Below, one piece after another: positions 47,490 through 56,522 of a DNA stretch of 64,000 nt. The notes beneath the pieces were generated by a model. The model was not told the origin of the DNA, ran no database searches, and saw nothing but the letters and a program-made list of their open reading frames with translations. Origin of the DNA: Candidatus Multivoradales bacterium (GTDB lineage: Bacteria; Acidobacteriota; Thermoanaerobaculia; Multivoradales; Multivoraceae). The stretch is taken from positions 2,432,001 through 2,496,000 of the forward strand of contig CBDCWI010000002.1 of assembly GCA_965223325.1 (NCBI GenBank), written 5' to 3'. A program made the translations under genes and the position numbers. Numbering within the stretch: position 1 is the stretch's first letter; the number at the start of each line of letters is the position of its first letter.

Positions 47490-47993
47490 GTGTCCAGAAC
47501 CCGTTTCGACCAGATGAACTGTGGCGTTGCGCAGGCGCTCGAGCAGATCGGCGAGTGGTGGACGCTGCTCATCGTGCGCGACGCGTTCTTCGAGCGGAAG
47601 CGCTTCTCAGAGTTCGAGGAGAGCCTCGGGATCGCCAAGAACATCCTGAGCGATCGCCTGCGAAAGCTCGTGCAGAACGGCATCTTCGAGCGCGAGCGGA
47701 TCCCGGGCCCTGGACAGCGGTACGAGTACACGCTCACCAAGAAGGGACGCGATCTCTGGCTCATGCTCACGGCCATGCGTCTCTGGTCGGACAAGTGGGT
47801 CTTCGGCGAAGACAAGGTACCGGCCCTCATGCGCGAGCGCGACACGGGGCGTGAGGTCGCGGCACTGCTCGCAGTGGCTGCTGACGGCGAGCCCGTCGAC
47901 GCCAGCCAGCTCGAATGGGTCAAGGGGCCAGGCTTCACCGAAGGAACCCCGATCGGCCCCCCGGCCTCTCGTCCGCGGCCGTCGGACTCCTGA
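47490..47993 (+). CDS. HxlR-family winged-helix transcriptional regulator
   Basis: NCGVAQALEQIGEWWTLLIVRDAF, RFSEFEESLGIAKNILSDRL, YEYTLTKKG; GTG 47490 after AGGAG. Confidence 0.92.
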   Translation: MSRTRFDQMNCGVAQALEQIGEWWTLLIVRDAFFERKRFSEFEESLGIAKNILSDRLRKLVQNGIFERERIPGPGQRYEYTLTKKGRDLWLMLTAMRLWSDKWVFGEDKVPALMRERDTGREVAALLAVAADGEPVDASQLEWVKGPGFTEGTPIGPPASRPRPSDS

Positions 47994-48265
47994 GGAGCAG
48001 CGATCTCTCCGGAGTTCTTCCAGCTGTCGAGGGAACATCGACCGCCAGGTTCTGGCATGACTCTCTCGAACAAGAGCTTCTTGCCTCAGCAGCTACAGCA
48101 GCTCGTAGAGGACAATCCTCCTTTCGTGTGCGGTCGCGACCTCGCGACCCGAGACCCCTCCCCGCCGCTGTAACCAGATGGTTGCTCAGTGGTTGCCTCG
48201 CGGAATCGGCAGCTCGCCGCGAGAAGCGCCAGGACCAGTAAGTCCTTCTAAGAGTACGGCTTAGG

Positions 48266-48348
48266 TGGAGCGGGAGACGGGATTCGCACCCTGTTGCGGG
48301 CGCCTCCGGCGCACGCAACAGTGAACCGCAATCCCGACTCACGCTCCA
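48266..48348. repeat. 83-bp fold-back element whose terminal inverted repeats are copies of the tRNA-Gly 3' end
   Basis: TGGAGCGGGAGACGGGATT ... AATCCCGACTCACGCTCCA (17/19 complementary) enclosing CTGTTGCG-G-GCGCC-TCC-GGCGC-A-CGCAACAG. Confidence 0.85.
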
Positions 48349-48373
48349 TAACGCCGCGCTCCGCGCGGCTAAA

Positions 48374-48448
48374 TGGAGCGGGAGACGGGATTCGAACCCG
48401 CGACCAACAGCTTGGAAGGCTGTGACTCTACCCCTGAGTTACTCCCGC
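48374..48448 (-). tRNA. tRNA-Gly(TCC)
   Basis: GCGGGAGTAACTCAG...ACAGC-CTTCCAA-GCTGT...GGTTCGAATCC...CCCGCTCCA. Confidence 0.97.
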
Positions 48449-48492
48449 CCGTGGAGCTCGCTAAATCATCGCCAGGCAGCTCGAGAGAAGAT

Positions 48493-48578
48493 TGGTGGAG
48501 GTGGATGGATTTGAACCACCGTAGGGATAACCCGACAGATTTACAGTCTGTTGCCTTTGACCACTCGGCCACACCTCC
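48493..48578 (-). tRNA. tRNA-Tyr(GTA)
   Basis: ACAGA-CTGTAAA-TCTGT anticodon arm, long variable arm, CCA end. Confidence 0.97.
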
Positions 48579-48626
48579 GTCTTCACTTCAACCAACGCTG
48601 GGCGCAATCGGCGCTCTCAGCGTTCC

Positions 48627-48702
48627 TGGAGCCGGCACCCGGATTTGAACCGAGGACCTACTGCTTACAAGGCAGTTGCTCTACCAACTGAGCTATGCCG
48701 GC
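48627..48702 (-). tRNA. tRNA-Thr(TGT)
   Basis: GCCGGCATAGCTCAGTTGGTAGAGC, ACTGC-CTTGTAA-GCAGT, CCA end. Confidence 0.97.
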
Positions 48703-48768
48703 ACTGGGTCCCGGATCGCACCCTCTTGACCCAGCGGGTCGGCTGCGGCTTCCGAAAGACGACGAGAG

Positions 48769-48797
48769 AGTGTAGTTCGTTCCCATGCGGCAATCAA
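48769..48797 (-). promoter_or_regulatory. Putative sigma70 promoter of the tRNA cluster
   Basis: TTGATT-17bp-TACACT. Confidence 0.55.
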
Positions 48798-48816
48798 CCT
48801 CCGATCTCATGGGACC

Positions 48817-49587
48817 CTACTTCGTTCGCTGACGCACCGCCTCATAGAGCACCGCAGCGGCCGCCGTCGCCAGGTTGAGAGACTCGATCTTGCCGCGCAT
48901 CGGCAAACCAATCATCGCGTCGCAGAGGCCTCGGGTGCGCTGACGCAGGCCCTTCTCCTCGCCACCGATACAGATCACGATAGGCCCGGTGAGATCGATC
49001 TCCCACGGGGGCTGCCCCATCGCGTCGGTGCCGTACACCCAGTAGCCCTCCTTCTTGAGCGCACCGAGAGCGTTACCGGTGTTTCCGATGCGCTCGATCT
49101 CTACCCACTGCGAGGCTCCAGCCGAAGTCTTCTCGGCGGCCGGCGTGATCGGCGATGAACCACGATCACGAAGGAGGACACGGCCGACTCCGGCGCCTTC
49201 GCAGACCCGGAGTAGCGCACCGAGGTTGCGTGGGTCCTGAACGTCTTCAGCCAGGAGGAGGAACTGGCCGTCGGTCGATTCGCTGCCTTCGGGAGTGTCA
49301 GTGGCCTCTCGCAGGACGGCAACGAAGCCTTGGTGCTGACCGCGTGCAAGGTTGCCCAGCTCAGCCGCTTCAGCGTCGCGCACCTCGATGCGATGGCGAA
49401 GGGCCAGCTCATCGAGTTCGTCGCGCCGTTTCCCGGTGCGACCACTGGCGATCAGGATCTGCTGAATGCGGTGCGGCTGCCTCCGCAGCAGCTCGCGCAC
49501 CGGATGGAAGCCGTAGACGATGGTGCCGCCGCTCTTCGTGTGTTCCTTACCGCCGCGGGCCGCACGGTTCTCTTCGGGGTCCTTCAA
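48817..49587 (-). CDS. rlmB: 23S rRNA (Gm2251) SPOUT methyltransferase
   Basis: DPRNLGALLR, GGEEKGLR, IESLNLATAAA. Confidence 0.9.
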   Translation of the reverse strand: MKDPEENRAARGGKEHTKSGGTIVYGFHPVRELLRRQPHRIQQILIASGRTGKRRDELDELALRHRIEVRDAEAAELGNLARGQHQGFVAVLREATDTPEGSESTDGQFLLLAEDVQDPRNLGALLRVCEGAGVGRVLLRDRGSSPITPAAEKTSAGASQWVEIERIGNTGNALGALKKEGYWVYGTDAMGQPPWEIDLTGPIVICIGGEEKGLRQRTRGLCDAMIGLPMRGKIESLNLATAAAAVLYEAVRQRTK

Positions 49588-50138
49588 ACCTCGAGGATGT
49601 CCTTCTCCTTGGACTCGGTCGAAGTGTTGATCAGCCCGATGTAGTGATCGTGGAGCTTCTGCATCTCCGCTTCGCCGCGACGCTCGTCGTCTTCGGAGAT
49701 CTCTTTCTCTTTCTCCATCTTCTTGACCCGTTCGTTGCCTTCGCGACGCGCCTGACGCACCGAGTTGCGCGACTTCTCTGCCATGTCGTGAGCGATCTTG
49801 ACCAGCTCTTTGCGCCGCTCTTCGGTCAGCATCGGCACCGGAATGCGCACCAGCTTGCCATCGTTCGACGGGTTCAGACCGAGATCGGACATCTGGATGG
49901 CCTTCTCGATCGCCGGAATCGACGATGGGTCATAGGGCTGCGCAACCAGGAGGGTGGCGTCAGACACAGTGACGTTGGCGACCTGCTTGAGAGGTGTCTC
50001 GGTACCGTAGTAGTCGACCATCACACCATCGAGCATCGCAGCGTTCGCGCGACCCGTACGCAGGGTCTGGAACTCCTCGCTCAGATGATCCGAGGCCGCC
50101 TTCATTTTGAGTTCGATTTCTTGAAACAGTTCCAACAT
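49584..50138 (-). CDS. frr: Ribosome recycling factor
   Basis: LRTGRAN, LNPSNDG, LTEERRKELVK; ATG 50138. Confidence 0.97.
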   Translation of the reverse strand: MLELFQEIELKMKAASDHLSEEFQTLRTGRANAAMLDGVMVDYYGTETPLKQVANVTVSDATLLVAQPYDPSSIPAIEKAIQMSDLGLNPSNDGKLVRIPVPMLTEERRKELVKIAHDMAEKSRNSVRQARREGNERVKKMEKEKEISEDDERRGEAEMQKLHDHYIGLINTSTESKEKDILEV

Positions 50139-50205
50139 TCTCGTCTCTCCTTCTAGCGTTCCTGCGGCCAAGCGCAGCCACCTGCGCGCCTCGGTTCTAG
50201 CGCCC

Positions 50206-50964
50206 TCAGCTCGGTACGCCCGAATCTGCTCGTGCAGCTGCTGGCAGTTCGTCTAAAACCATCGAACCGATTTCTTCACCGCACACCATGCGACGAATGT
50301 TGCCGTTGGTGAGCAAATCGAAGACACCGATCGGCAGGCCGTTCTCGCGGCACAGACTGATGGCAGCCGCATCCATCACCTTGAGGTTGCGCGCCAGCAC
50401 CTGGTAGTAGGTGACGACCGGCAGACGCTCCGCACCCGGCTCCTTGGCTGGATCCGCGCTATAGATGCCGTCGACCTGCGTTGCTTTGAGCAGCACGTCG
50501 GCGTGAATCTCGTTGGCGCGCAGTGCCGCCGCGCTATCGGTTGTGAAGAACGGATTGCCAGTCCCCGCACCGAAGATGACCACGCGCCCCTTTTCGAGAT
50601 GACGAATCGCGCGACGCACGATGAATGGCTCGGCGACCTCGCGGATGTCGATCGCGGTTTGCACCCGGGTTTCGATCCCGCGTTGCTGGAGAGCGTCCTG
50701 AAGGGCGAGCGCATTGATGACCGTGCCCAGCATTCCCATGTGGTCGCCGGTCACCCGATCGATGCCCCAGTTACTGGCCGAAACGCCGCGAATGATGTTT
50801 CCACCGCCCACGACGACTCCAATCTGCACCCCAAGACCGACAACGTCGCCGATCTCGTCGGCGATCCTTCCCAGCACTTCGTGATCGAGACCAAAGTCAC
50901 GTTTGCCCATCAGGGCCTCGCCCGACAGCTTGAGCAGGATGCGCCGGTAGACCGGTTGGGTCAT
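50206..50964 (-). CDS. pyrH: UMP kinase
   Basis: [24 protein letters not shown]. Confidence 0.97.
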   Translation of the reverse strand: MTQPVYRRILLKLSGEALMGKRDFGLDHEVLGRIADEIGDVVGLGVQIGVVVGGGNIIRGVSASNWGIDRVTGDHMGMLGTVINALALQDALQQRGIETRVQTAIDIREVAEPFIVRRAIRHLEKGRVVIFGAGTGNPFFTTDSAAALRANEIHADVLLKATQVDGIYSADPAKEPGAERLPVVTYYQVLARNLKVMDAAAISLCRENGLPIGVFDLLTNGNIRRMVCGEEIGSMVLDELPAAARADSGVPS

Positions 50965-51125
50965 GCAGGATCTCCGATACGGGGCCGCTGGGCGCACACG
51001 AAGGCCAGGCAGCGTTTCAGGTTGGAGCGGGGACGCCCTAAGAGGGTCCTGCGATCATAACCGAGCCGCCTCGTCGATATGAGGGACCCCGCGCCTGGCC
51101 TTGAAGATCCGGCTGAGGGTAGCGG

Positions 51126-51719
<594 letters not shown>

Positions 51720-51999
51720 TGCTCTCTCCCTGTTTACTTTTCGGCGGCACAGCCCGTGGGGCATCGCCGCATCACTTTCGAGTGTTCAGTCGATCAGTTG
51801 TAGGTTAAAACTTGTTCGTTCGAGAGTGCGCCCGCCGGAATCCTCTTGGGCAAGGGACCACGCTGCGGCGCTTTTCCGCGCCAGGGCGCGGCCTTATTCG
51901 GCCGTTCAAACGCTCGAGCTCGAACAACCAGTCGGATCTCTTCGAGGACAGGGCCTCTCGGGAAAGGGGGCTTTCGAGGGACACGCCCTCGTCAGACCT

Positions 52000-52926
52000 C
52001 TACTCTTCTTCTTCGGAAGCCGCAGGCGCCTCCGGAGCGGCAGCCTCTTCTGAGCCCGCCTCTTCCGGCGCACTCTCTTCTGCGGGCGCACCCTCGGCCG
52101 CGGCCTCGGGAGCAGCGTCTTCCGCGGCTGCCTCAGCAGAAGCTGCCTCAGGCGCAGCCTCTTCTGCGGCAGGTGCGGCGGCCTCTGTGGCCGCGGCAGC
52201 CTCGACCTCGATCGCCGCAGTGGTCTCGTCGGACTGGGACTTGGCGAAACCGCCCATGCCCTCGCCGTAGGCCTCGGCGATCTTCGAGGCGAACAACCGA
52301 ATGGTGCGGATCGCGTCGTCATTGCCGGGGATCGGGTAGTCGATCAGATCGGGGTCGCAGTTGGTGTCGACGATCGCAATCACAGGAATGCCGAGCTTGT
52401 TGGCCTCCGCGATCGCGATGTGCTCGCGTTTGGGATCGACAACGAACAAGGCATCGGGCAGACCGGTCATCTTGCGGATGCCTTCGAGGTTGCGCATCAA
52501 CTTCTCGCGCTCGCGGTCGAGGCGCAGGCGCTCCTTCTTGATCAAGACGCCGTGCTCGTCTTCGAGGCGCTTCTCGATGTCCTCGAGGCGATCGACTGAC
52601 GTTCTGATGGTGACGAAGTTGGTCAGCATCCCGCCCAGCCAGCGGCTGGTGACCCAGAACTGACCGCAGCGTGCGGCCTCTTCCTGGACGACCTTCTGCG
52701 CCTGGCGCTTGGTGCCCACGAAGAGCACCTTGCGGTTGCTGCGCGCCAGGCCTTCGACGAAGCTCGCTGCTCGGCTGAACATCTCCTGCGTTTGCTGCAG
52801 ATCGATGATGTAGATGCCGTTGCGGCGTCCGAAGATATACGGACGCATCTTGGGGTTCCAGCGGCGGGTCTGATGCCCAAAATGGACACCCGCCTCGAGC
52901 AGTTCGCGCATTTGTACTTCGACCAC
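52000..52926 (-). CDS. rpsB: 30S ribosomal protein S2 with acidic tail
   Basis: [30 protein letters not shown]. Confidence 0.98.
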   Translation of the reverse strand: MVEVQMRELLEAGVHFGHQTRRWNPKMRPYIFGRRNGIYIIDLQQTQEMFSRAASFVEGLARSNRKVLFVGTKRQAQKVVQEEAARCGQFWVTSRWLGGMLTNFVTIRTSVDRLEDIEKRLEDEHGVLIKKERLRLDREREKLMRNLEGIRKMTGLPDALFVVDPKREHIAIAEANKLGIPVIAIVDTNCDPDLIDYPIPGNDDAIRTIRLFASKIAEAYGEGMGGFAKSQSDETTAAIEVEAAAATEAAAPAAEEAAPEAASAEAAAEDAAPEAAAEGAPAEESAPEEAGSEEAAAPEAPAASEEEE

Positions 52927-52935
52927 TGTTCTCTC

Positions 52936-53325
52936 CTAGCGCTTGCTGAACTGAAAGCGGGCGCGGGCGCCCTTTTGGCCGTACTTCTTGCGTTCCTTCT
53001 TGCGAGGATCGCGAGTGATGAAGCCGGCCGCCTTGAGGGCCGGCCTGAGCGAGTCATCCTGAGCGATGAGGGCGCGGGTCAAGCCGTGACGCACCGCACC
53101 CGCCTGACCACTCTTGCCGCCGCCCTGGACCGTCACCACGAAATCGTAGGCGTCGACCTTCTCGGCAACCTCGAGAGGTGCGCGAATGATCATTTTCAGG
53201 ACATCGTTGGGAAAGTACTCGTCAAGGCTGCGGCCGTTGACTTTCCAGGTTCCACTTCCCGGTTGCATGAACACACGGGCGGTCGATGTCTTCCGGCGCC
53301 CAGTGCCGTATGCGGTATGGCTCAC
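52936..53325 (-). CDS. rpsI: 30S ribosomal protein S9
   Basis: [17 protein letters not shown]. Confidence 0.98.
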   Translation of the reverse strand: MSHTAYGTGRRKTSTARVFMQPGSGTWKVNGRSLDEYFPNDVLKMIIRAPLEVAEKVDAYDFVVTVQGGGKSGQAGAVRHGLTRALIAQDDSLRPALKAAGFITRDPRKKERKKYGQKGARARFQFSKR

Positions 53326-53413
53326 GTTTCGCTCCGCTCTATCTCAAGGTAAGAATTGGTTTGGGTAATCGGTTCTCTGTTCAGTTCGACGGTCTGACTC
53401 AGCGCCTTACCGC

Positions 53414-53863
53414 TCAGCGCACGTTGGCGAGGTCGAGTTCGGCCGGCTTCTGCGCCGCGTGTGGGTGATCGGAGCCGGCGTAGACCTTCAGCTTGCGGAG
53501 CTGCGCACGACCGAGGCGCGTCTTGGGCAACATGCCGCGCACCGCGAGCTCGACCAGGCGCGTCGGGCGCCGCGAGCGCAAGCGCGCCGCAGTTTCCTCG
53601 CGCAGGTTGCCGGGCTTGCCGGAGTGGCGACGATAGAGCTTCTGCTCCTCTTTGTTGCCGGTCAAAACGGCCTTGTCGGCATTGGTCACGATGACGAAAT
53701 CGCCCGTGTCGTGGTGAGGAGTCCAGGTTGGCTTGTGCTTGCCGGTCAACACCTGCGCAATGATCGACGACAGGCGCCCGAGGGTCTTGCCCTCGGCGTC
53801 CACCACGAACCAGCTGCGCTCCACCTCGCCAGCTTTGGGGGTCCATGTCTTCTGCGTGCTCAT
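53414..53863 (-). CDS. rplM: 50S ribosomal protein L13
   Basis: [27 protein letters not shown]; ATG 53863. Confidence 0.98.
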   Translation of the reverse strand: MSTQKTWTPKAGEVERSWFVVDAEGKTLGRLSSIIAQVLTGKHKPTWTPHHDTGDFVIVTNADKAVLTGNKEEQKLYRRHSGKPGNLREETAARLRSRRPTRLVELAVRGMLPKTRLGRAQLRKLKVYAGSDHPHAAQKPAELDLANVR

Positions 53864-54187
53864 CTGCGGTCTTCTCCGTTCATACCTTCCCGACACTCAC
53901 GGCGGGGAAACTTCCGGTCGCCCATTCGAGGCGGCCACCGGAAGCAGTGGGAAATCGTTTGCCCTTCTCGGGACTGTCAAGTGGTTACCCCGATCGCTCT
54001 CGGCTGGGGACCGGCCGCTGCGCGCCAACCGCATTTCGAGGTTGACAGCAACGGTCGGCTGATCGGTCGGCGTGACCACAGCGTGTCTGGACGCTCGAGA
54101 GAATCGGCCCGGCCTCGTGATCGAGAGTGACCGCTTGGTTCACCCACGCGCACGGAACCCAGACGCGCCAGCACGCAAAGAACGAGC

Positions 54188-54216
54188 AGTCTAGGCCCCC
54201 GAAAGGCCCCTGTCAA
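54188..54216 (-). promoter_or_regulatory. Strong putative sigma70 promoter upstream of the rplM operon
   Basis: TTGACA-17bp-TAGACT. Confidence 0.65.
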
Positions 54217-54327
54217 GAAGGCTGAGGGCCTCGTGAGGGGTCTGTTGCAGCCACGCGAGGGTCGCGCGACACGGTATATTGCGGGCCCGCCCCTCAGGCA
54301 TCCCGAGTAACTGAAGGACCTCACAAC

Positions 54328-55281
54328 GTGAAGAGCGAAGTCCTCGACGGCAAGAAACTGGCCGCAGCCCTCCGTCAAGAGGTCCAGGAACACGTCAGCA
54401 AAGCGGTCGCCGCCGGTCACCGTCCCCCCGGCCTCGCCGCCATCCTGGTCGGCGAAGACCCGGCCTCAGCGGTCTACGTGCGCAGCAAGACCCGCGACTG
54501 TCAAGAGGTCGGCATCGAAGGGCGGGCGATTCATCTCGACGCCAGCATCGACCAGGACACCCTGGTCGCTCGAATCGACGAACTCAACGCGGACCCGACG
54601 ATCGACGGCATCCTGGTGCAACTGCCGTTACCCGACGGTCTCGATGTCGAAGCCATCCAGGAGCGAGTGCTGCCCGAGAAAGACGTCGACGGCTTCCACT
54701 CCGAAAACGTCGGCCGCCTGTGGCTGGGACGGTCGGGCTTCGTCCCCTGCACCCCCGCCGGAGTGATTGAACTGCTGCGGCGCTACGACATCGAGATGTC
54801 GGGCAAGCATGCCGTGATCCTGGGCCGGAGCAACATTGTTGGCAAGCCCATGGCCGCGCTGCTCCTGCGCGAGAACTGCACCGTGACGGTCTGCCATTCG
54901 CGCACCACCGACCTGCCGTCGATCTGCCGTCAGGCCGACATCCTGGTTGCGGCCGTCGGTCGCACTGCGATGGTCGAAGCACAGTGGATCAAACCCGGTG
55001 CAGTGGTCATCGACGTGGGAATGAACCGCATCACAGATCCCGAAGAGCTCGAGCGCCTGTTTCCCGGCAACAAACGTCGCCGTCGCACTTTCGAGAAACG
55101 CGGCGCCGTACTGACCGGCGACGTCGACCAGGTCGCAGTCGCCAAGAAGGCCTCGGCGCTCACCCCGGTTCCTGGCGGAGTCGGACCGCTGACGCGCGCC
55201 TTGCTGCTCGTCAACACGCTGGCCTCCTGGCGCCGCACCCTCGGTATCGCAGAAGCCGAAGAGAAGGCGGCGGCCTCATGA
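54328..55281 (+). CDS. folD: Methylene-THF dehydrogenase/cyclohydrolase
   Basis: GILVQLPLP, KDVDGFH, PCTPAG, TPVPGGVGP. Confidence 0.97.
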   Translation: MKSEVLDGKKLAAALRQEVQEHVSKAVAAGHRPPGLAAILVGEDPASAVYVRSKTRDCQEVGIEGRAIHLDASIDQDTLVARIDELNADPTIDGILVQLPLPDGLDVEAIQERVLPEKDVDGFHSENVGRLWLGRSGFVPCTPAGVIELLRRYDIEMSGKHAVILGRSNIVGKPMAALLLRENCTVTVCHSRTTDLPSICRQADILVAAVGRTAMVEAQWIKPGAVVIDVGMNRITDPEELERLFPGNKRRRRTFEKRGAVLTGDVDQVAVAKKASALTPVPGGVGPLTRALLLVNTLASWRRTLGIAEAEEKAAAS

Positions 55282-55928
55282 CGCTACCGGTCGCCGACAT
55301 CGCCGGCACAGGGAAACGCACACTGCTCGTCGGGCTCACCGGTGGCATCGCGAGCGGCAAGTCGACCGTCGCCCGGTTGATGCGTGAACTGGGCTGCATC
55401 GTGACCGATGCCGATCGCCTGGTCGCCGAGCTCTACCAGCCCGGCCGTGAAGGTGCACAAGCGGTACGCGACCTCTTCGGCGCCGAGTTTCTCGCCCCCG
55501 ACGGTTCGGTCGACAAGCCAGCCCTCGCGCGGGTGGTGTTCTCAGATACCGAGCAACGTTCGCGGCTCGAGGCAGCAATCCACCCGCTGGTCGGCAAGGC
55601 CTTCGCTGGCCTGGTTGCCGACAGCGAAGGTGTCGTGGTGTTCGAAGCCACCTTGCTTGCCGAGACCGGCGGCTTCCGCAACTACGACATCGTGGTTACC
55701 GTCGAGGCCGATCCCGCCGAACGGATTCGGCGCGCCGTAGCCCGCGGCCTCGACCGCGCCGAGGCCGAAGCGCGGATGAAGGCGCAGGCACTGCCGGCGC
55801 AGCGCATGTCGGTGGCCGACTACGTCATTCATAACGACGGTAGCGAAGAAGATCTGGCCGAGAAGGTCGAACGGCTGGTCGAGGACTTGCGCGGCCGCGT
55901 CGCCTCCGACGGCGTCGTGCGCGGCTAG
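55278..55928 (+). CDS. coaE: Dephospho-CoA kinase
   Basis: GLTGGIASGKST, LEAAIHP, ADYVIHNDGS; ATGA overlap with folD. Confidence 0.95.
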   Translation: MTLPVADIAGTGKRTLLVGLTGGIASGKSTVARLMRELGCIVTDADRLVAELYQPGREGAQAVRDLFGAEFLAPDGSVDKPALARVVFSDTEQRSRLEAAIHPLVGKAFAGLVADSEGVVVFEATLLAETGGFRNYDIVVTVEADPAERIRRAVARGLDRAEAEARMKAQALPAQRMSVADYVIHNDGSEEDLAEKVERLVEDLRGRVASDGVVRG

Positions 55929-55931
55929 CCC

Positions 55932-56522
55932 CTACCCTCCCAACTCGATCGCGCGTTCTCGCCGCAGCGCCTCACAGAGCGCGCGCCACGCACGACCTCG
56001 GTGTGCCACCCGGTCTTTGGCTTCTCCGGCAAGCTGCGCCGAAGTCTCGTTCTCTCCCTCGGCAACGAAGAACGGGTCCCAACCGAACCCGCCTCCACCA
56101 CGCCCCGGCAACACCAGACGTCCCGGACTCACCCCCACACCCAGAACATCGCCCTCGCCGTCGCGGTAGAGCAGCATGCATCGCGCCACCACCCGCGGGT
56201 CGCCGAGCTCGATGGCCGTGCGCGCCACACCCTCGGGACCCATGCGCTTGAGCATCCACTTCACCAGCGGGCCGGGGAAGCCACCCATGGCGTCTAGCTC
56301 GAGACCAGTCTCCTCGACCACCAGCGGTCCACCGACCCGATTCCAGGCCTCGCCGGCCTTCGCCTGGAGTACCTCGTGAAGGTCGTCCGATTGAATCTCC
56401 GGTAGGTCGAGGTCGACGGCTTCGATGCGGCAGCCCAGGATCCGTTCGGCCTCGCGGCGCTTGTCACGGTTGCCGGTCACCAGAACGAACGGCGGCTTTA
56501 GGCCCCCCCTAGCTGGGCTCAT
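55932..56522 (-). CDS. Ham1/ITPase-family non-canonical purine NTP pyrophosphatase
   Basis: VTGNRDK, LPEIQ, GFPGPLVKW, GFGWDPFF, HRGRA. Confidence 0.9.
   Translation of the reverse strand: MSPARGGLKPPFVLVTGNRDKRREAERILGCRIEAVDLDLPEIQSDDLHEVLQAKAGEAWNRVGGPLVVEETGLELDAMGGFPGPLVKWMLKRMGPEGVARTAIELGDPRVVARCMLLYRDGEGDVLGVGVSPGRLVLPGRGGGGFGWDPFFVAEGENETSAQLAGEAKDRVAHRGRAWRALCEALRRERAIELGG

Larger units (their letters stand above)
44663..48373. mobile_element. Degenerate tRNA-Gly-integrated islet (no integrase present)
   Basis: Bounded by intact tRNA-Gly and its 3' duplicate; excisionase-like remnant; GTTGC direct repeats near both ends. Confidence 0.7.

Noticed and set aside
46172-48073. 633-aa minus-strand ORF overlapping the hydratase and HxlR genes
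   Set aside because: Arg/Pro-rich alternative frame with no motifs; conflicts with two well-supported genes.
53952-53980. Proximal rplM promoter at TTGACA 53980-53975
   Set aside because: No convincing -10 at 16-18 bp spacing, so not annotated as a feature.
54061-54327. ZMP/ZTP or THF riboswitch, 6S RNA or SRP RNA next to folD
   Set aside because: Conserved cores (e.g. GACUGGCG/CGCCUGGG, SRP CAGG..GGAAG..AGCAG) not found; the structured region is too short for a typical 6S RNA.
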